Assembly: GCA_964016885.1 (NCBI GenBank)
Contig: OZ024743.1
Coordinates: forward strand, 11,346,001 to 11,410,000
Origin: Eledone cirrhosa
Lineage: Eukaryota
Reading direction: 5' to 3'
Length of the DNA: 64,000 nucleotides
Part shown: piece after piece, positions 28,584 through 42,569 of the stretch
Layout: the number at the start of each line of letters is the position of its first letter
Position numbering within the stretch: the stretch's first letter is position 1
Translations under genes and position numbers: made by a program
Notes under the pieces: generated by a model
Seen by the model: the letters and a program-made list of their open reading frames with translations, nothing else
Told to the model about the DNA's origin: nothing
Databases searched by the model: none

Positions 28584-28626
<43 letters not shown>

Positions 28627-28784
28627 GTGTGTGCGTGTCCTGTCCCCACATAAGAAATCTCACCACCCACACAGGTAAAAAAAAAATTTTCGCTGGAGCT
28701 AGTTTTCCGAATGGGCTCACCCGTATGTGCACACGCCCGCACACACATACCAGGGCTCTCCCTTGAGGATACATGTGTGCTTGT

Positions 28785-29172
28785 CCGATTCATTCATGAT
28801 AACGCTTGATCGCATACATCAAAGATGACCCGTGAGAAGTTACTGGAGTTAGGTTGGGAGGTTCTGCCACACCCACTGTATTTGCCCAACCCCACGCCTA
28901 TAGACTATCACTTTTTCCTCTCAATGAGTAACAGAACGCAGTCAAAGACGTTGGCCAGCCAATGAAGACCAGTTAAATCAGTGGCCGACAGAATTCTCTA
29001 CACTGAAGCCAGAAGAATCCTACAGGAAGTGAATTATGTGCCTTCTTAAACAATGGCAGACTGTAATTGTAAATGATGGTAAATTATTTTGACTTGTAAA
29101 GTTTTCTTAAGGTTAAAAACGCAAAAATCAATAAAAATTTGTAAAACAGCGAGAACTTTCCGTCCAACCTAA
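28785..29172 (+). mobile_element. Mariner transposon 3' fragment with right TIR
   Basis: HDNA*SHTSKMTREKLLELGWEVLPHPLYLPNPTPIDYHFFLSM, then WQTVIVNDG. Ends gaactttccgtccaacctaa+TA. Confidence 0.9.
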
Positions 29173-29185
29173 TATCTTTTGACTA

Positions 29186-29291
29186 ATGACTAGTGTCCGA
29201 AACGTTAAGACTCCTTTCCTACTGTATCAAGCGTTAAACTAATATACTTCATTGTACGGTGTCATTTGCTTTATCTCTGTTTACGTTTTGC

Positions 29292-29292
<1 letters not shown>
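29186..29292 (+). mobile_element. Truncated PLE 3' terminus, family E
   Basis: gactagtgtccGAAACgttaagact...aagcgttaaactaatata is homologous to the reverse complement of 47315-47400. Ends in (TA)n(TG)n. Confidence 0.65.
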
Positions 29293-29379
<87 letters not shown>

Positions 29380-29380
<1 letters not shown>

Positions 29381-29737
29381 TAATGGTAGCTATGATGCTT
29401 CCATAGGCGGTATGCCAGTTGAGCACTCTATGTTCTTACAGAGCAGAGTGTGATATAATATAAAACGAAAAATCAGTGATGCATCAGGACTCAGTTTATT
29501 GTGTGTTACAATTGTTTCGCCGGCAGACAGCTCGAGACACGATCATTATATGGATCTGTCTGATTCTAGATCTGCAGGTTTAAGAAAATTTGTTCCGAAA
29601 GTATTGCCTGTGTCCGAAGAACCTGCAAATCTAGAATCAGACAGATCCATACAATGATCGTGTCTCGAGCTATCTGCCGGCGAAACAATTGTAACACTCA
29701 ATAAACTGAGTCCAGATGCATCACTGATATTTCGTTT

Positions 29738-29745
<8 letters not shown>
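29380..29745 (-). mobile_element. PLE hairpin + tail insertion, family A
   Basis: ~125-bp inverted arms at 29453-29580 and 29620-29745, tail at 29380-29452, between (TG)n and (TA)n. Confidence 0.8.
29610..29697 (+). ncRNA. Type I hammerhead-like motif with long stem II
   Basis: gtgt-CCGAAGA-(~60 nt stem)-GAAAC-aatt-GTA-acac. One core deviation (U4C). Confidence 0.55.
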
Positions 29746-29820
<75 letters not shown>

Positions 29821-30088
29821 CACATACACATACGGTTGCTGGATTAGTTGAGTGCTTTATAAAATGTCTTGCGGTATTTGGTTACATTCCTTTGTGTTCT
29901 GTGTCCAACTCTCACCAGAGTATTTTGCATTTAGTCCATCCCTCCGTCTTTGATACAATCCCGACCAGCCATGACGATGAAAATCAGCTTCATCGAATGC
30001 TAAAGATCAATATATTTTCCTTGAGCACACACACATAGGAAATAAAAATACACAGACACACAAACCAAAAGGAAGAGACATGTATACG

Positions 30089-30190
<102 letters not shown>

Positions 30191-33100
30191 GCTATCCCTT
30201 ACTTTCGCTCTTCCTCCATCCTTCTATTCCCCCTCTCACACCCAGTCATTCACACAAATACAGACACATATAACTAACAGGTTGTTGGTCTCTTCTGGAT
30301 TGTTCGATGGTCAAAAAGATCAGACACGTGGTTATTTGTTTATAAACATTATGTCGGACTACATTATTTAATATTTCTTTTCCTTGCATAAGAAGATATA
30401 ATATGATATGGGGGAGATTTGGCTGCTATTTTTAGCAGGTCAAGTGACTATGTAGGGGCTTCCCCATTGGCTCGAAGACACATAGTTGAGCGATATGATA
30501 GACAAGTGGGAGGGAGTTACAATGACTATATTCTGTAAGTGTGTGTATTTACACGACCACCCGGAGCGTGGATTTACATTCACACGCCCATATGATGTGT
30601 GTATGTGTGTGTGTGTGTGTGTGTTAGGAGTATATGTTAAGTATATGTTTATATGAGTGTTCTTTTAACCAATTCATATTACCAAACATGTGTGCACACA
30701 TCGGTGCAGATGTATTCATTCACGTGTCTCGTTATGTATCAGTCAGACAGTATGTCCCCTTAATAATAGTTAGCTTTCGTCTTAATCATAGTGTTTGTAA
30801 CGTTTAGTGAGTCTCTTCTCCGCCCACCACTATCATCACCTCCATCACCTATCACTGCCTCTCTTACTCTTTACCCAATCTCTTCCTACTTATCTTACCT
30901 ACTCTTCCTTCCCCTTCTCCCCTTCTCTCTCTCCCTCTCCTTCTCTTTTTCGCATGTGTGCGCTTGTTCCTATGTGTATGTCACCCACACGTCACATGAA
31001 TAGTGCATTTTTATGCAGGCGACCAGTGCAGCAGAGTAAGAGATAAAACGTATGGCTAATCGAAGTCACTTATATGGTTTCGATTCACTTTTATCCTGAG
31101 CAAATGCATCTTACTCAAACGTAGGTGCTTTCAAAATCTAGTTAAGTGTTTCAATTCTTTGAGTTCAAATGCCACTGACACCAGCTTTGGTTGTCATTCT
31201 CAAAGGTTAGTAAAATAGTCAATATAATGAATAGTTCCACCTCACTAGTTTACTCCAACAAAATTAATTTTTATCCAGTCAACTCAACGTACGCACCTTA
31301 GGCAGAATGATTCTTTGTCTATGTTTTCTATGTACATCACTTTAGTTTGCTCTTGGAAAGACCGATTAAACTTTTCTCGGAAAGCTCTGTAGTAAACCGG
31401 CGTCCAATATAAGATATGACTTGTTTCTCATCAATTTAACGACATAAACTGGAGTCAAGTTCTAAAATTTCAATTCCTAGAAGTTCCTGCAAAGTTTAGT
31501 CTTTCTAGGCAAAAGAAATACTGCCTAGAATACAAAGTCAGAATTGATCCCTTAAAACAAATATATATATTGAGGGTAAGTCCACTTGACACACTTCGGA
31601 ACTATAACACCTCAGAAATAATAGAAAGCAACACTACTATCAATGTTTTGTCATCTTATAATTCTGTTTAACTTATAGTCCGTAAACTCTTGAAGAAGGA
31701 TGGACTCCTGGTCAGATCTGTTCTAAATATTTCACATGAAGAAAATTTCTTTAGTCAGGCCCATAGAGTAATGGACTAAGGAACTCAACATATCTGTATA
31801 AATCGTGAATTCAACCCATTCTAGAAAACTTTTCACTCACTTCAGCAATGAGCATACATATGTGTATATACAAATCATATGAATATAACTTCCTAGACAT
31901 ATACTAATACTACAAGCTAATAAGAGTTTCTATGTGGTCAACTGACCTGCTAAAAATAGCGGCCAAATCATCCCCTACAATCTTTAACAAGGAAGGTATT
32001 CTTACCCACTCTTGATATGTCTTTGATAATACGTCTGTTCTATCAAGCTTAACCTAGAAATAAACAACAACAAAATCATATCAGAGGGAACACCTTCTGT
32101 TATCAACAATTCACAAATACTAGCCTAATATCTCTTCCGCTCTTTTATAATTAACTGTGGTCGTTTGAAATTCACGGTTACACTAAATGCACTAAAACCT
32201 TTAGATTCTCGCAATTATATTTATCGAAGATGCTGGCTGAAAAGTGTTTGGGCACAATTCTCCTTCCAAAATTAACCACTAAATACAAATGCAAAACTGA
32301 ACATGACAAATTTGAATTATCAACGATCCAATTTATTATCTAAAGAAAGTCTTATACGATATGTTGGTTCCGCTGGGGTCTTCATCCATTCGAATTCGAT
32401 AAAGTACCAGCCATGTATATTAAAGAGCCGTGTTATTAGTATTTTTATGAGAGGTGCACAGTCACGAGAGTATTCAAACACATCATTCAGAACTAACCTA
32501 ACTCTCCGTAATATTGCAGTATTGTCGCTGATTACAGCTACGTGAAGAAATGCTTCGTTAAAACGTGTTTGTCAACGATACGGAAACACTAACAAAATAG
32601 TCTGAACTCATCACTTTTCGACTAGAACTTGGATCATTTATGGTTCTCAATATATCAGTGGCCATTTTAGAGTAAGCGATAAACTCACTACGAACTCAAA
32701 CTGTGACAAGATTTCGATTCCCAAACTTGCGGCGTCATTTCAGTTCTACACTGTTAATACTACAGGGGATGTCTGGACGGGACAATTTAGTTTCTTTTCC
32801 TCCCTAAAAATACAGGATCTGTGAGCTTATTGAGAAAAAAAATGATATATTACCTCGAATGAATCAACGATTACACTCCACTCACTAAAGGCGTCTCGTG
32901 TCTAGACAAAAAGAACTTAAACTTAATATTTAAGGATTATAAATGATTGATTGAAAATATCCATTATTTAACAGCTTTGTAACGTTTATCAATGTCACTG
33001 TAATAATAGAGAGAATATGGGAACCTCTTATTAAAACTTTACTCTGAACATTATAGCCCCATTGCAAAAAGTTATTTGTAAAAAAAATTACATTAAAATA

Positions 33101-33227
33101 AATTTCATACGTAAATATAAACAATCATTGTTTTCTTTTTAAGTAGACATAATGGCCCGACATTTTAAGGGAGGTATGTAAAGTGTGACGTTCATCCCTT
33201 TCCCAAGGATATCAGCCTACTTTGAGC

Positions 33228-33291
<64 letters not shown>

Positions 33292-33551
33292 GGTGAAAAA
33301 GCAGTGGAGGAATTTGAAAATTGAATTGAATTAAAAACTTCGCCATATTTATTTTACTACAGAAAACAGTCTGATATTGTACAAGTCGCTAGACCAGATA
33401 AAATGGGCATTGTTTTTTTGTTTTTTGTTTTTTTTTTCGTTCAAATAATATTATGTCAGTTGTATGATTTAATCTGATAAGTGATATATGTTATCTATTA
33501 TTCTTGAATAATTTGTATTGATATTTAATTAATCGTTTGGATTTTAATTAA

Positions 33552-33652
33552 ACTCTGATGACGCCTATGGTTTATGCTAACTAATAGCAAATTTTTGAAT
33601 AAAATAATTTGCTGTCTGTGGCATACTACTATGGGAAGAAACAATTGTCAGT
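33552..33652 (+). ncRNA. Type I hammerhead ribozyme, intact core, long stem II (PLE terminus extending to ~33708)
   Basis: act-CTGATGA at 33555-33561, stem II cctatggtttatgc/gcatactactatggg plus agcaaatt/aatttgct, GAAA at 33638-33641, palindromic ACAATTGT, GTC at 33647-33649, then agt. Confidence 0.75.
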
Positions 33653-33700
33653 GATTAAATGCCTTGAACTTTTAATTTTTGGTTTATAAAGCACATTGTA

Positions 33701-33795
<95 letters not shown>

Positions 33796-33972
33796 AACTT
33801 TCACCAAGGAATTATTTTCGAAAGCAACAAGGTTCTGTAGCTAACAGAATATTCGTTCATATTGATAAACCATCAGTTTGAGAGCATAAGGGAAATGTCA
33901 TGAACATTTCTCGGAAACTTTGAATAAAATTAGAAGATTAAGTCGTAAAGGATCTAAATCAAAACTCACACG

Positions 33973-34066
<94 letters not shown>

Positions 34067-34095
34067 TGTGTGTGTGATGTGTGTGTGGAGAGAGA

Positions 34096-34134
<39 letters not shown>

Positions 34135-35186
34135 GTAAATAGATATATAGATAGATAGATAGATATGTAGATAGATATGTAGATAGATAGATAGATATAA
34201 ATGGATATCGAGACTTCATGCGTGAGTGGAAAGAAAGCGAGGGTATTTGGTTGAGAAATCAATGAATAACTTGATTATGTTGTTATTCATCCTGCAACAA
34301 ATAGTTGCCCATATCAACATTAAGATAATACGCAATGCTCTGAAAATCTGCAGTGCAAGGTTTACCAGTAAAGCAGTCTGTGTTAATTGCCTGAAAGTGG
34401 TATGTACGCTTAAAGCTCATAGAATTTTGAAAAACCAATGAAAGTAAGATAGTTACTTGTGCTTATAGCTCTTACTTTAAACCGCTCCATGAAAAAAAAA
34501 ATTTGAGCGAACCCAGACGGTCGCAGATGGTTTAAATCGAAGAGAGCGACAGCCCAGTCATTCAGACAGCGTGAAATGTTGATAGTTTTATCTGACTGTG
34601 GTTTTATTCTTCTGTTATTTGAAATCAATAAATTACGTGTCAATGGGATTGATTTAAACGCACACATATCGTTATATCCTCGCAATAATCGACCAAACTT
34701 TGAAGGAAAGAAGTTTTTATTACAGTCTGTTTCGCCATGCTATTTATATGTATAAAACATTTTAACGCGGATCCAATGTGGTTTGAAAGTTGATAAGCTA
34801 ATGTATTGAATGGTTTGAATGTAGGTAAAATAAATTATTCAACGCTTGAACGTTAACCTTATTAAATGGATAAAGTTTTAACCTCACGCCTCATGGATCC
34901 TAAGTTTAATATATCTCATAATTAAATCTTGAGTTCCCAAGCAAGGAAATTATCTTTCTCTGCTTTCTTTTATTTTGTTGCATGTCTGTTACTAGAGAAT
35001 AATCAAACTGGCTGAAGAGCGAAATTTTATTGGGAATAAGTACGTCGCAGACTTTATAATACGGGACCACGGAGTGGCCAGCGCGTGGGCCCCCATTGGC
35101 TCATAATAGTGTGAGATGGGGATAGTCGGGAGAGACGGAGGCAGTGACAGTGGCAGTTTGGTTTCATTGTGTTCGGATCTGATGTA

Positions 35187-35345
35187 CAGGTAAAATTCCG
35201 TTATAACGAATACTATTATAACGAATTTTTTTTTAATTCCTGGCCACACGCTCGATGTGTTACATCGATCTCGTTATAAAGAATTTTTCATTACAACGAA
35301 TTATTTTTTATACCCCGTGAATTTCGGTATAACGGAATTTCACTA
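35187..35345. mobile_element. Tigger/pogo-like MITE
   Basis: TIRs caggtaaaattccgttataacgaa and ttcggtataacggaatttcacta, with TA at the left end. Confidence 0.75.
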
Positions 35346-35639
35346 TTTATTTACAACCGTGTTTATAGTCAGTTGACTTGCTACCACTACAGAAGGAAAT
35401 ATGAAGAGTTACAACAGTCACCACTTCAACTGGATTTTAAATGTTTAAAATTGTGTTTAAAACTCAAATATTAGAATATTTGACAATGTCGAGGTGATAG
35501 TAAAAGGTCAAAGAAACTTAACTGCTTCAATACCACTACCTTACCATTGTTCTAGAGAAGAAAATCTCATTTCAAATATAGTACCGTCAACAATAAGAAG
35601 TATAAAATGTTCCCCGTTGAATTCTGTATTTTCTTAATA

Positions 35640-36163
35640 CTGATTATGCCGGCGTACAAGTCAATATTTGGAGCCTAAAATATATCTTCAAAACAGGGGT
35701 CGACTTGTCCGCCGAATATAAAATGTGAACCTTTACCACTGTGGGGTAAACAGTGAAACTGCCTACCTAACACTCGTTGTACGCCACTTACCATAACTCT
35801 AGTAGCCCACCACAATTATATCCTACTGAATCTCATGTTTGTTAAGTCTATTTAACGTAGAGCTTATAATAATATCAGTGACTTGATGTAGCTCATAGGG
35901 TAGGTTACTATAAGTTACCATAGGTTCGTTAAGGTTAGGTTAGGCTGGTTTACTCAGTGAGTTAGAACTCACTTGCGACTGAAGTGTTTTAGAAGTGTCT
36001 AAACTTTTAGCGCACCACTAAATTTTTTGAATTATTTCCCCTGCAACTGGCTTATTTTGGGGGGTCGTCTTATCCGGCGAATATAGGCCTAAACCTCAAT
36101 TATACCTCAGAATTTTAGGGGTCGACTTATGCACCGGCTCGACTTGTACGCCGGCATATACGG
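35640..36163. mobile_element. pogo/Tc1-superfamily MITE
   Basis: TIRs tatgccggcgtacaagtc and gacttgtacgccggcata, TA flanks, subterminal ggggtcgactt repeats. Confidence 0.85.
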
Positions 36164-37300
36164 TATATTAAATATAATATTGCATTAAATTACAATGCAA
36201 ATATACTTCCATTATTCTGTTTTGCATTTTTTTTTATTCGTTAGACTACAGTATTTAATTTTTGTGTGTGAGTACGTGCATGTTGGTGTGCATGTGTGTG
36301 CGGGCATGTGTGTGTGTTTGCTCATTTATTTTTTGTTATGTGTAATGTGTATACATACAGACGTAAAGTTAAACGCTCGTAATTATGTGTATGTTTATAT
36401 GCGTCCGTGTGTGTGTACACACAGACGCATACAGTAGTTTACATGCACAAAATAAAACAAACAACAATTAGGCACTTTTTATGAAATTATTACTTTAATA
36501 GTTTAATCCCTTGTATATTTAATGTAAAAAAATCTATTTCCAAAACAAACTACATCCCTTTTCAATGCACAAATACTGAATTTTATATAAAGAAAAATAA
36601 TCATTTGGAGATGGGGATGTAGGGCCAAACGTAAGTGAAGTGGAGTAAAGAGTAGGTGAAATATAAGACTGCAGTGAAAAGCTCAGTCCTACTAAGTGAG
36701 CGACTGGCGTCGGAGAGGCAGTCAGCCGTACCAAAAGAAAACTACTGAACACAAAACTTAAGTCTCCAGGCGCGAAAAGAAGACTGTAAGTAACTTAGAC
36801 GCAAGCAAGACTAAAACATAAAGTATACTTATCATATAAACTTGTGTATTTTGATAGAATCAAGAACCTGGACACAATATTTAGTAAAGTGTTTTCTGTT
36901 GATCTTAAGAGTTAAGTTGAATATAGAAAAGTGGTTGGAAATTAATGATTCAAAGCCAGAGATATGTTTAGTTCTCATTAATGGAAAATTTGGTATCATC
37001 TTTTTTACAGCAAAAGAAAAACAATAACTCGCTAATATTCCTTTTCTAAAGTCATCATTAATATCCTTGGATCTATATATATATTAAAGGACATAAATAC
37101 CTATATTAGTGACAATAATGAATTTTTTTAATTTTCAGCTAGAATACTCAATAACTGGATATTTCTGTCTTTGCCGCTGCCTCATAATAAGAAGGCCGAC
37201 AGGCTAAAGAAGAAAGTCGCAGTAGAATGAATGTCCTAAGATAGGAACTCAGAGTTCTTCAGCCAACAACCAACGAACCAACGATTTTTTCACGTTAAAT

Positions 37301-37740
37301 CAGAGGTTCTCAAAGTGGATGCTAACCCCCCACCCGGGAGGGGGGTCCTGGGAGGCACTGTGAGTGAGGGTGCGATGGGGTCGGTAGAGATGATATAATA
37401 CTATATTAAATATCAAATAATACATATATATAAATATAGTAAAATATATAATATTTATTTATACATAGTATATATTATAATATTATTTATTATATATAAA
37501 TTAACGATATTATTTATCGCCGAGGTTAACTTTGCCTTTCATCCTTACGGGGTCGATAAAATAAAGTACCAGTAATGTACTGGGTAATTACTGGCCTTGT
37601 GCCAAAAGTAGAAACAATTATTTATTATATATTATTTATAATTTGCATGTAGGAAGGTCTTTCTCTAAATAGGGGTAAGGGCGTTGAGGGTATTGCGTGG
37701 CCATGAGGGGGCGGTGACCCAAAAGGTTTGAGCACCTCTG
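37301..37740. mobile_element. hAT MITE with 8-bp TSD, carrying a nested SINE at 37518-37622
   Basis: TIRs cagaggttctcaaa and tttgagcacctctg, TSD cgttaaat/cattaaat. Confidence 0.88.
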
Positions 37741-37886
37741 CATTAAATCATCAGCTGCTAGAGGTCCCATACCTATTGTTACTGAATCTAAAGAGAATAG
37801 ATTTCATAGTTGTTGCATTGTCATAAGTTGTATTCAAGAAATCACCAGCATGATATCCATTCAACCATGTTGATTTTTGCAGTGAC

Positions 37887-38268
37887 ATGGAAATAATTGT
37901 TTCTACTTTTTGGCACAAGGCCAGTAATTACCCAGTGCGTTACTGGTACTTTATTTTATCGACCCCGTAAGGATGAAAGGCAAAGTTTACCTCGGTGGGA
38001 TTTGAACTCAGACGATACATGGAAATAATTGTTTCTACTTTAGGCACAAGGCCAGCAATTACCAGTGCGTTACTGGTACTTTATTTTATCGACCCCGTAA
38101 GGATGAAAGGCAAAGTTTACCTCGGTGGGATTTGAACTCAGACGATACATGGAAATAATTGTTTCTACTTTAGGCACAAGGCCAGCAATTACCAGTGCAT
38201 TACTGGTACTTTATTTTATCGACCCCGTAAGGATGAAAGGCAAAGTCAACCTCGGCGATGGAAATAAT
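37887..38268 (-). mobile_element. Tandem trimer of the young SINE
   Basis: Three head-to-tail copies, each bounded by atggaaataat. Confidence 0.9.
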
Positions 38269-40569
38269 GTGTTTAGTTAAGTTACTTTTAGTTTAGTTCA
38301 GGGTTGCTTTTTTTAGTTTACTTAGCTCAAGTCATTTCATTGATGCAAATTGTAATTTATTCAGTCATGTATAGATCGTGCGAAAGATATATTTAACAAG
38401 ACGCTTTTCTTTTAAATTCGTCATAGGAGAATGTTCACACATTATTCAGTTTAAATCATATAGTTACATAACTGTTAATGTTCAACTTGTTTGTAATTAA
38501 CTGTACTTATTCTAGTGACATGAAAATCCAATTTGGCTATGCTTTCTTAATAACGATTAAAAATCAATGTTAACGTAATATACTAGTAACTTTGGTTAAT
38601 TCATTATATTACACACCCATTAACTTGTTGCATGCATTCGATATATGGCGAATGTTTCAGTACAAAGCTAAACAATTGTAAGAGATGAATCAGTGTTATA
38701 ATGAAATGTTCTAAGTGCATAAGCAGCCTGAGTGAAATGGCTTTAGCATGGAATAGAAGTCGGCTTCAGTTCACTTGAAGTTTTTTCCTTCTCGCTCTTC
38801 AGCCCTCTCCTAGAAATAATAAAATTGATCTAGTTTGACCAAGTATAAGATCATTTGCAGGGAAAGGAAAACCTTGAACGTTGTTGGGAAGCAATACAAA
38901 GTCGATCAGCATCGGTTATTATTTACTAAATGCTACAAGTTATTTAGCTGATCAATAATACTTACTTGACAGCTAATAGGTGAAAGTGGATAAATTGTCG
39001 GTTTGTAGACCTCTAAGCTAAAGAATTATGAGTTCATATCTTACAACGGAAATACGGACATTCTACAATGACTGTTTGCCTTATTTAGCCTGACGGCATA
39101 ATCATTAATAATCAAAGACAGAAATATCCAGATATTGAGTATTCTAACGGAAAAGTAAAATCTTCAATTATCTTTTAGAAATCACGGGAGAATAACAACT
39201 GTTGACCTCCATATTATATAACGTTCTGCAAAACAAAAAAGGAATTGAGTCAAATTACTTTTGCTTTGTGATGACCTTATTTTACTAAATAACTTAACAC
39301 AAAAACTCTGGTGCCTTCCTGCAATGATCAAATCATCCTTTCCCCCACATAATCCTAGTCCTGTTGTACAACACTCCACCTCCACCTGATACGTCTAGTT
39401 TCAGATTCTTTCTACTACTATCTACAGAAGGTAAAATACACTGAATCTTTTAGTGGAGCTCTTAAAATCATATGATCCTTAACAATACCAGCACATCAAA
39501 ACTACACCACAACACAATCACTAAACATTCTCGGACTGACTATATTTTGGATACTAAACTTGCAACAACGAACCTTGTATGTTGTCTTGTTTTCATTTTC
39601 TTTTTCTTTTCTTTTTTTTTCGATTTATGAGGACAGGGCAAGTAAATAAATATTGTAACTTTGACCAATTGGTGTGACAATTCAACGATGTACAAAGTAT
39701 TGTATTTATATATAGTAAGCTAAGCATCATTTCAAGCAATGTCATATATCGTCTGAGGAATAATTGATACAAAAACTAGTATTGCAAATGTATTTTGTAG
39801 CATTGGTTTTTAGTATAAAACATTCGTTCCCAATATGATGTCACTGATAAATTGTCAGCTCTAATAAAACATTGGTCGCTTTTGTTTACAATAAGGTGAG
39901 CAATAAAAAGGCCAATGTTCTTCAGATATATAACTCTTACTTTTTACACTGAAAATTATGAGCATTTGTATTAATCATTCAATATGCCAATGTCATAAGA
40001 ATATATAACTGGGTCAGATAGTGTTTTTATTTCCGAAGGGTACTTACTACAATAGATTTTCAGGTCCTCAACAAAAGAGTTACGATATTTAAGATATAAT
40101 AAGCTTTTTAGGTTACGTCAGAATCCTGGTGTTATTATGGGACTTAACATTGACTTATTTCCCTATTCTTAATCTTATTCCGTATAAATAAACAGTTACT
40201 AAGAGCTCTTTAATGTATCCAAACCCTTCCACTCTCGCGGAAATCGATTTTTACCTTGTGGAGCCGATAAAATATGTATTATTCAAGTTCTGGGTTTGAT
40301 TAAATTATACAGATATTAATATTCATATTGTTATATCTAAGATCAACTCACTACAAACGAATGTCTTGTACGTGTTTATGCCAACGTCTCCATATAAAAG
40401 ATTATATATACAAATGTATAAAATCTGGGATTTGACTGAAACAATAAAATCAAAATACTATACAATAGCTAATCTCAGTTCTTTCTATTCTACTTAAGTA
40501 GACTATGTCCATAAAATAAGTGGTAGTTATATACAAAAACCCATTCTTCAGCCTTCTATTAACCACATA

Positions 40570-40815
40570 TGACAGATCCTTAAGTTTCGCGGATCACATT
40601 TGGAGAACAAAGAATAAAATTATCAGTGATATGCTGTTGTGGACACCAAGACATGAACATCCCAACGTAGGCAGATCTCACAGAACCTACATCAAACAGC
40701 TATGTCAGGATGCTGGGTTCAATCCGGAGGATCTACTACAAGCATTGGACAACAAAGTCAGATGGAGAAGAGGAGTCATAGCGATCCGTGCAACCAGCTC
40801 GCCAAGATGATGATA
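40570..40815 (+). mobile_element. RTE LINE 3' end
   Basis: FADHIWR..IISDMLLWTP..GR..TYIKQL..D..W, followed by a (GAT)n tail. Confidence 0.8.
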
Positions 40816-41320
40816 AAGTCTATTCTAAAGCTGAAGCATTAGAGGATCTGAGGAAACATTTTGTAGCATTTATTCCGGCTCCTTGCGTTCTAAGCTTAAA
40901 TCACGCCAAGGTTAACTTTTTCTTTCACTGTTTTAGGGATGCCTAACGGCATTTGTTCCAACTCTGGGTTTTGGGTTCAAGCCACGCTGTTGTCTATGTG
41001 GGTGGTAGGCACCATTATCTTGTCATTACATACCTTTAGCGGAGTCCACTCTGCTGCAAGCGATCAGATCAGGTTTCTTCCTCTTGCCAGTCTTGGAAGC
41101 CCGAGAAAAGGGTTATTAGTACTATCATGCTACATCATGACTAACAGATTAAACAATTTGAATGTAAAAAGTTATATTCCAGAGACTGTGACAGTTTCTA
41201 TGAAATGTTCTTAATCAACTATATAGCATAACATGGATCTAAATATATATATATATGTGTGTGTGTGCGTGAGAGAGATAGAAAGAGAGAGGGAGGGAAG
41301 GAGATATAGAGAGAGAGAAA

Positions 41321-41698
41321 GAGAGATTAAGTTGAATCGAAGTCAGTTTTGTACAAATTGTTTGGCCTATTTCAATTTTTTTCGACATCTCGTCAGATAT
41401 GCGAGTTTATATGTACAAAGAGTTTAGATGTGACCTTGCACATATAAACTCGCATATCGAAAAAGAGTATGGCCCCGTCACTTTGATTGTTCTCTGATCG
41501 ATATCGAAACAATTGTAATATGCCAATAAAGTTTGAACATATGTCGCAACACTGACTTCGATTTTATTTAATCTCTCTACACTCTGCACACTACAGCAAC
41601 CTTTACTCTGGAATACAACCCAGATGAGACGGACATCGAAAAAGCATTGAGTGCTTCGAACGGCATGCCGCCTGTAACTGTTGTTACACACACCCAAA
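41321..41698 (+). mobile_element. PLE hairpin + tail insertion, diverged family A relative
   Basis: Inverted segments 41321-41347/41551-41578 and 41396-41418/41436-41458, gcatat...GAAACaattGTA-atatgc, tail actctgc...gcattgagtgct..ggcatgccgcct. Confidence 0.7.
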
Positions 41699-42425
41699 TT
41701 CTTCTTCTTCTTCTTCTTCTTCTTCTTCTTCTTCTTCTTCTTCTTCTTCTTCGCCCACTTATTCCTGAGAGCGTCGTGGGGACAGGCCTTAAACACTCCT
41801 TCTAGTGGGTCCTGTCAGAAACAACCGTCTCCAACTAATCCGACTGGATCCCCAAGCGAGACCTGCCAATCTCCTGGATGTTATCCAAACATCTTGCTCA
41901 GAGTGTACCTCTGGGCCTCTTTCCGGTTGGTTTTGCCTGTAAAATCTGTCCAGCAATTATTTCCTGAGACATTCCCACCACGTGTCGGAGCTTTGATATC
42001 TCAATTCAGAGAAATAGTGGCTTAAACTGGAGTGGCTCTCTGATCTCCGAGCTACAAGCTCTATCAAGTAATGTTACTCCAAAGATCCTTCGGAAGAACC
42101 CCATTTCGGCCGCTTGCATTTGCGATCGTATTCTTTCGGTCATTACTCAAAATTCATGACCATAGGTAAAGCTTGGCACGAATACCGAATTCAAGATAGC
42201 GAGTTTGGCTTTTACGCCTACCTCCCTTCTTCTGATTATTGAATGCTGAAGCTGGCACCAGCTCCTACAATTCTTGCACCTAATTCAGCTTCCTGCCTTT
42301 CATTACTCATGAACACGGCCCCGAGATACTTGAATTTCTCTACCTGCTTCGGTGGAACTCCATTCACATTTAGAGTGCATTGCGCAGGCTTCTTTGAGAG
42401 GATGAACGTCTCAGTTTTCACAGCA
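41699..42425 (-). mobile_element. RTE (Expander/Rex3-like) LINE, 5'-truncated
   Basis: QVEKFKYLG, FVPSFTYGHE and QAAEMGFFRRI motifs, with a (GAA)n 3' tail at 41699-41751. Confidence 0.88.
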
Positions 42426-42569
42426 CCTTCTGTGGAGTTAAGTAACACATAACTAATATATATATACATAGATATAGATGTGTGTGTGTGTGTGGGGGGG
42501 GGGGGGAGGTGTCATCTTAACGACCACTGACCACATTGTCCTGTCTATAAGGATTCTTTTTTCGATTTA

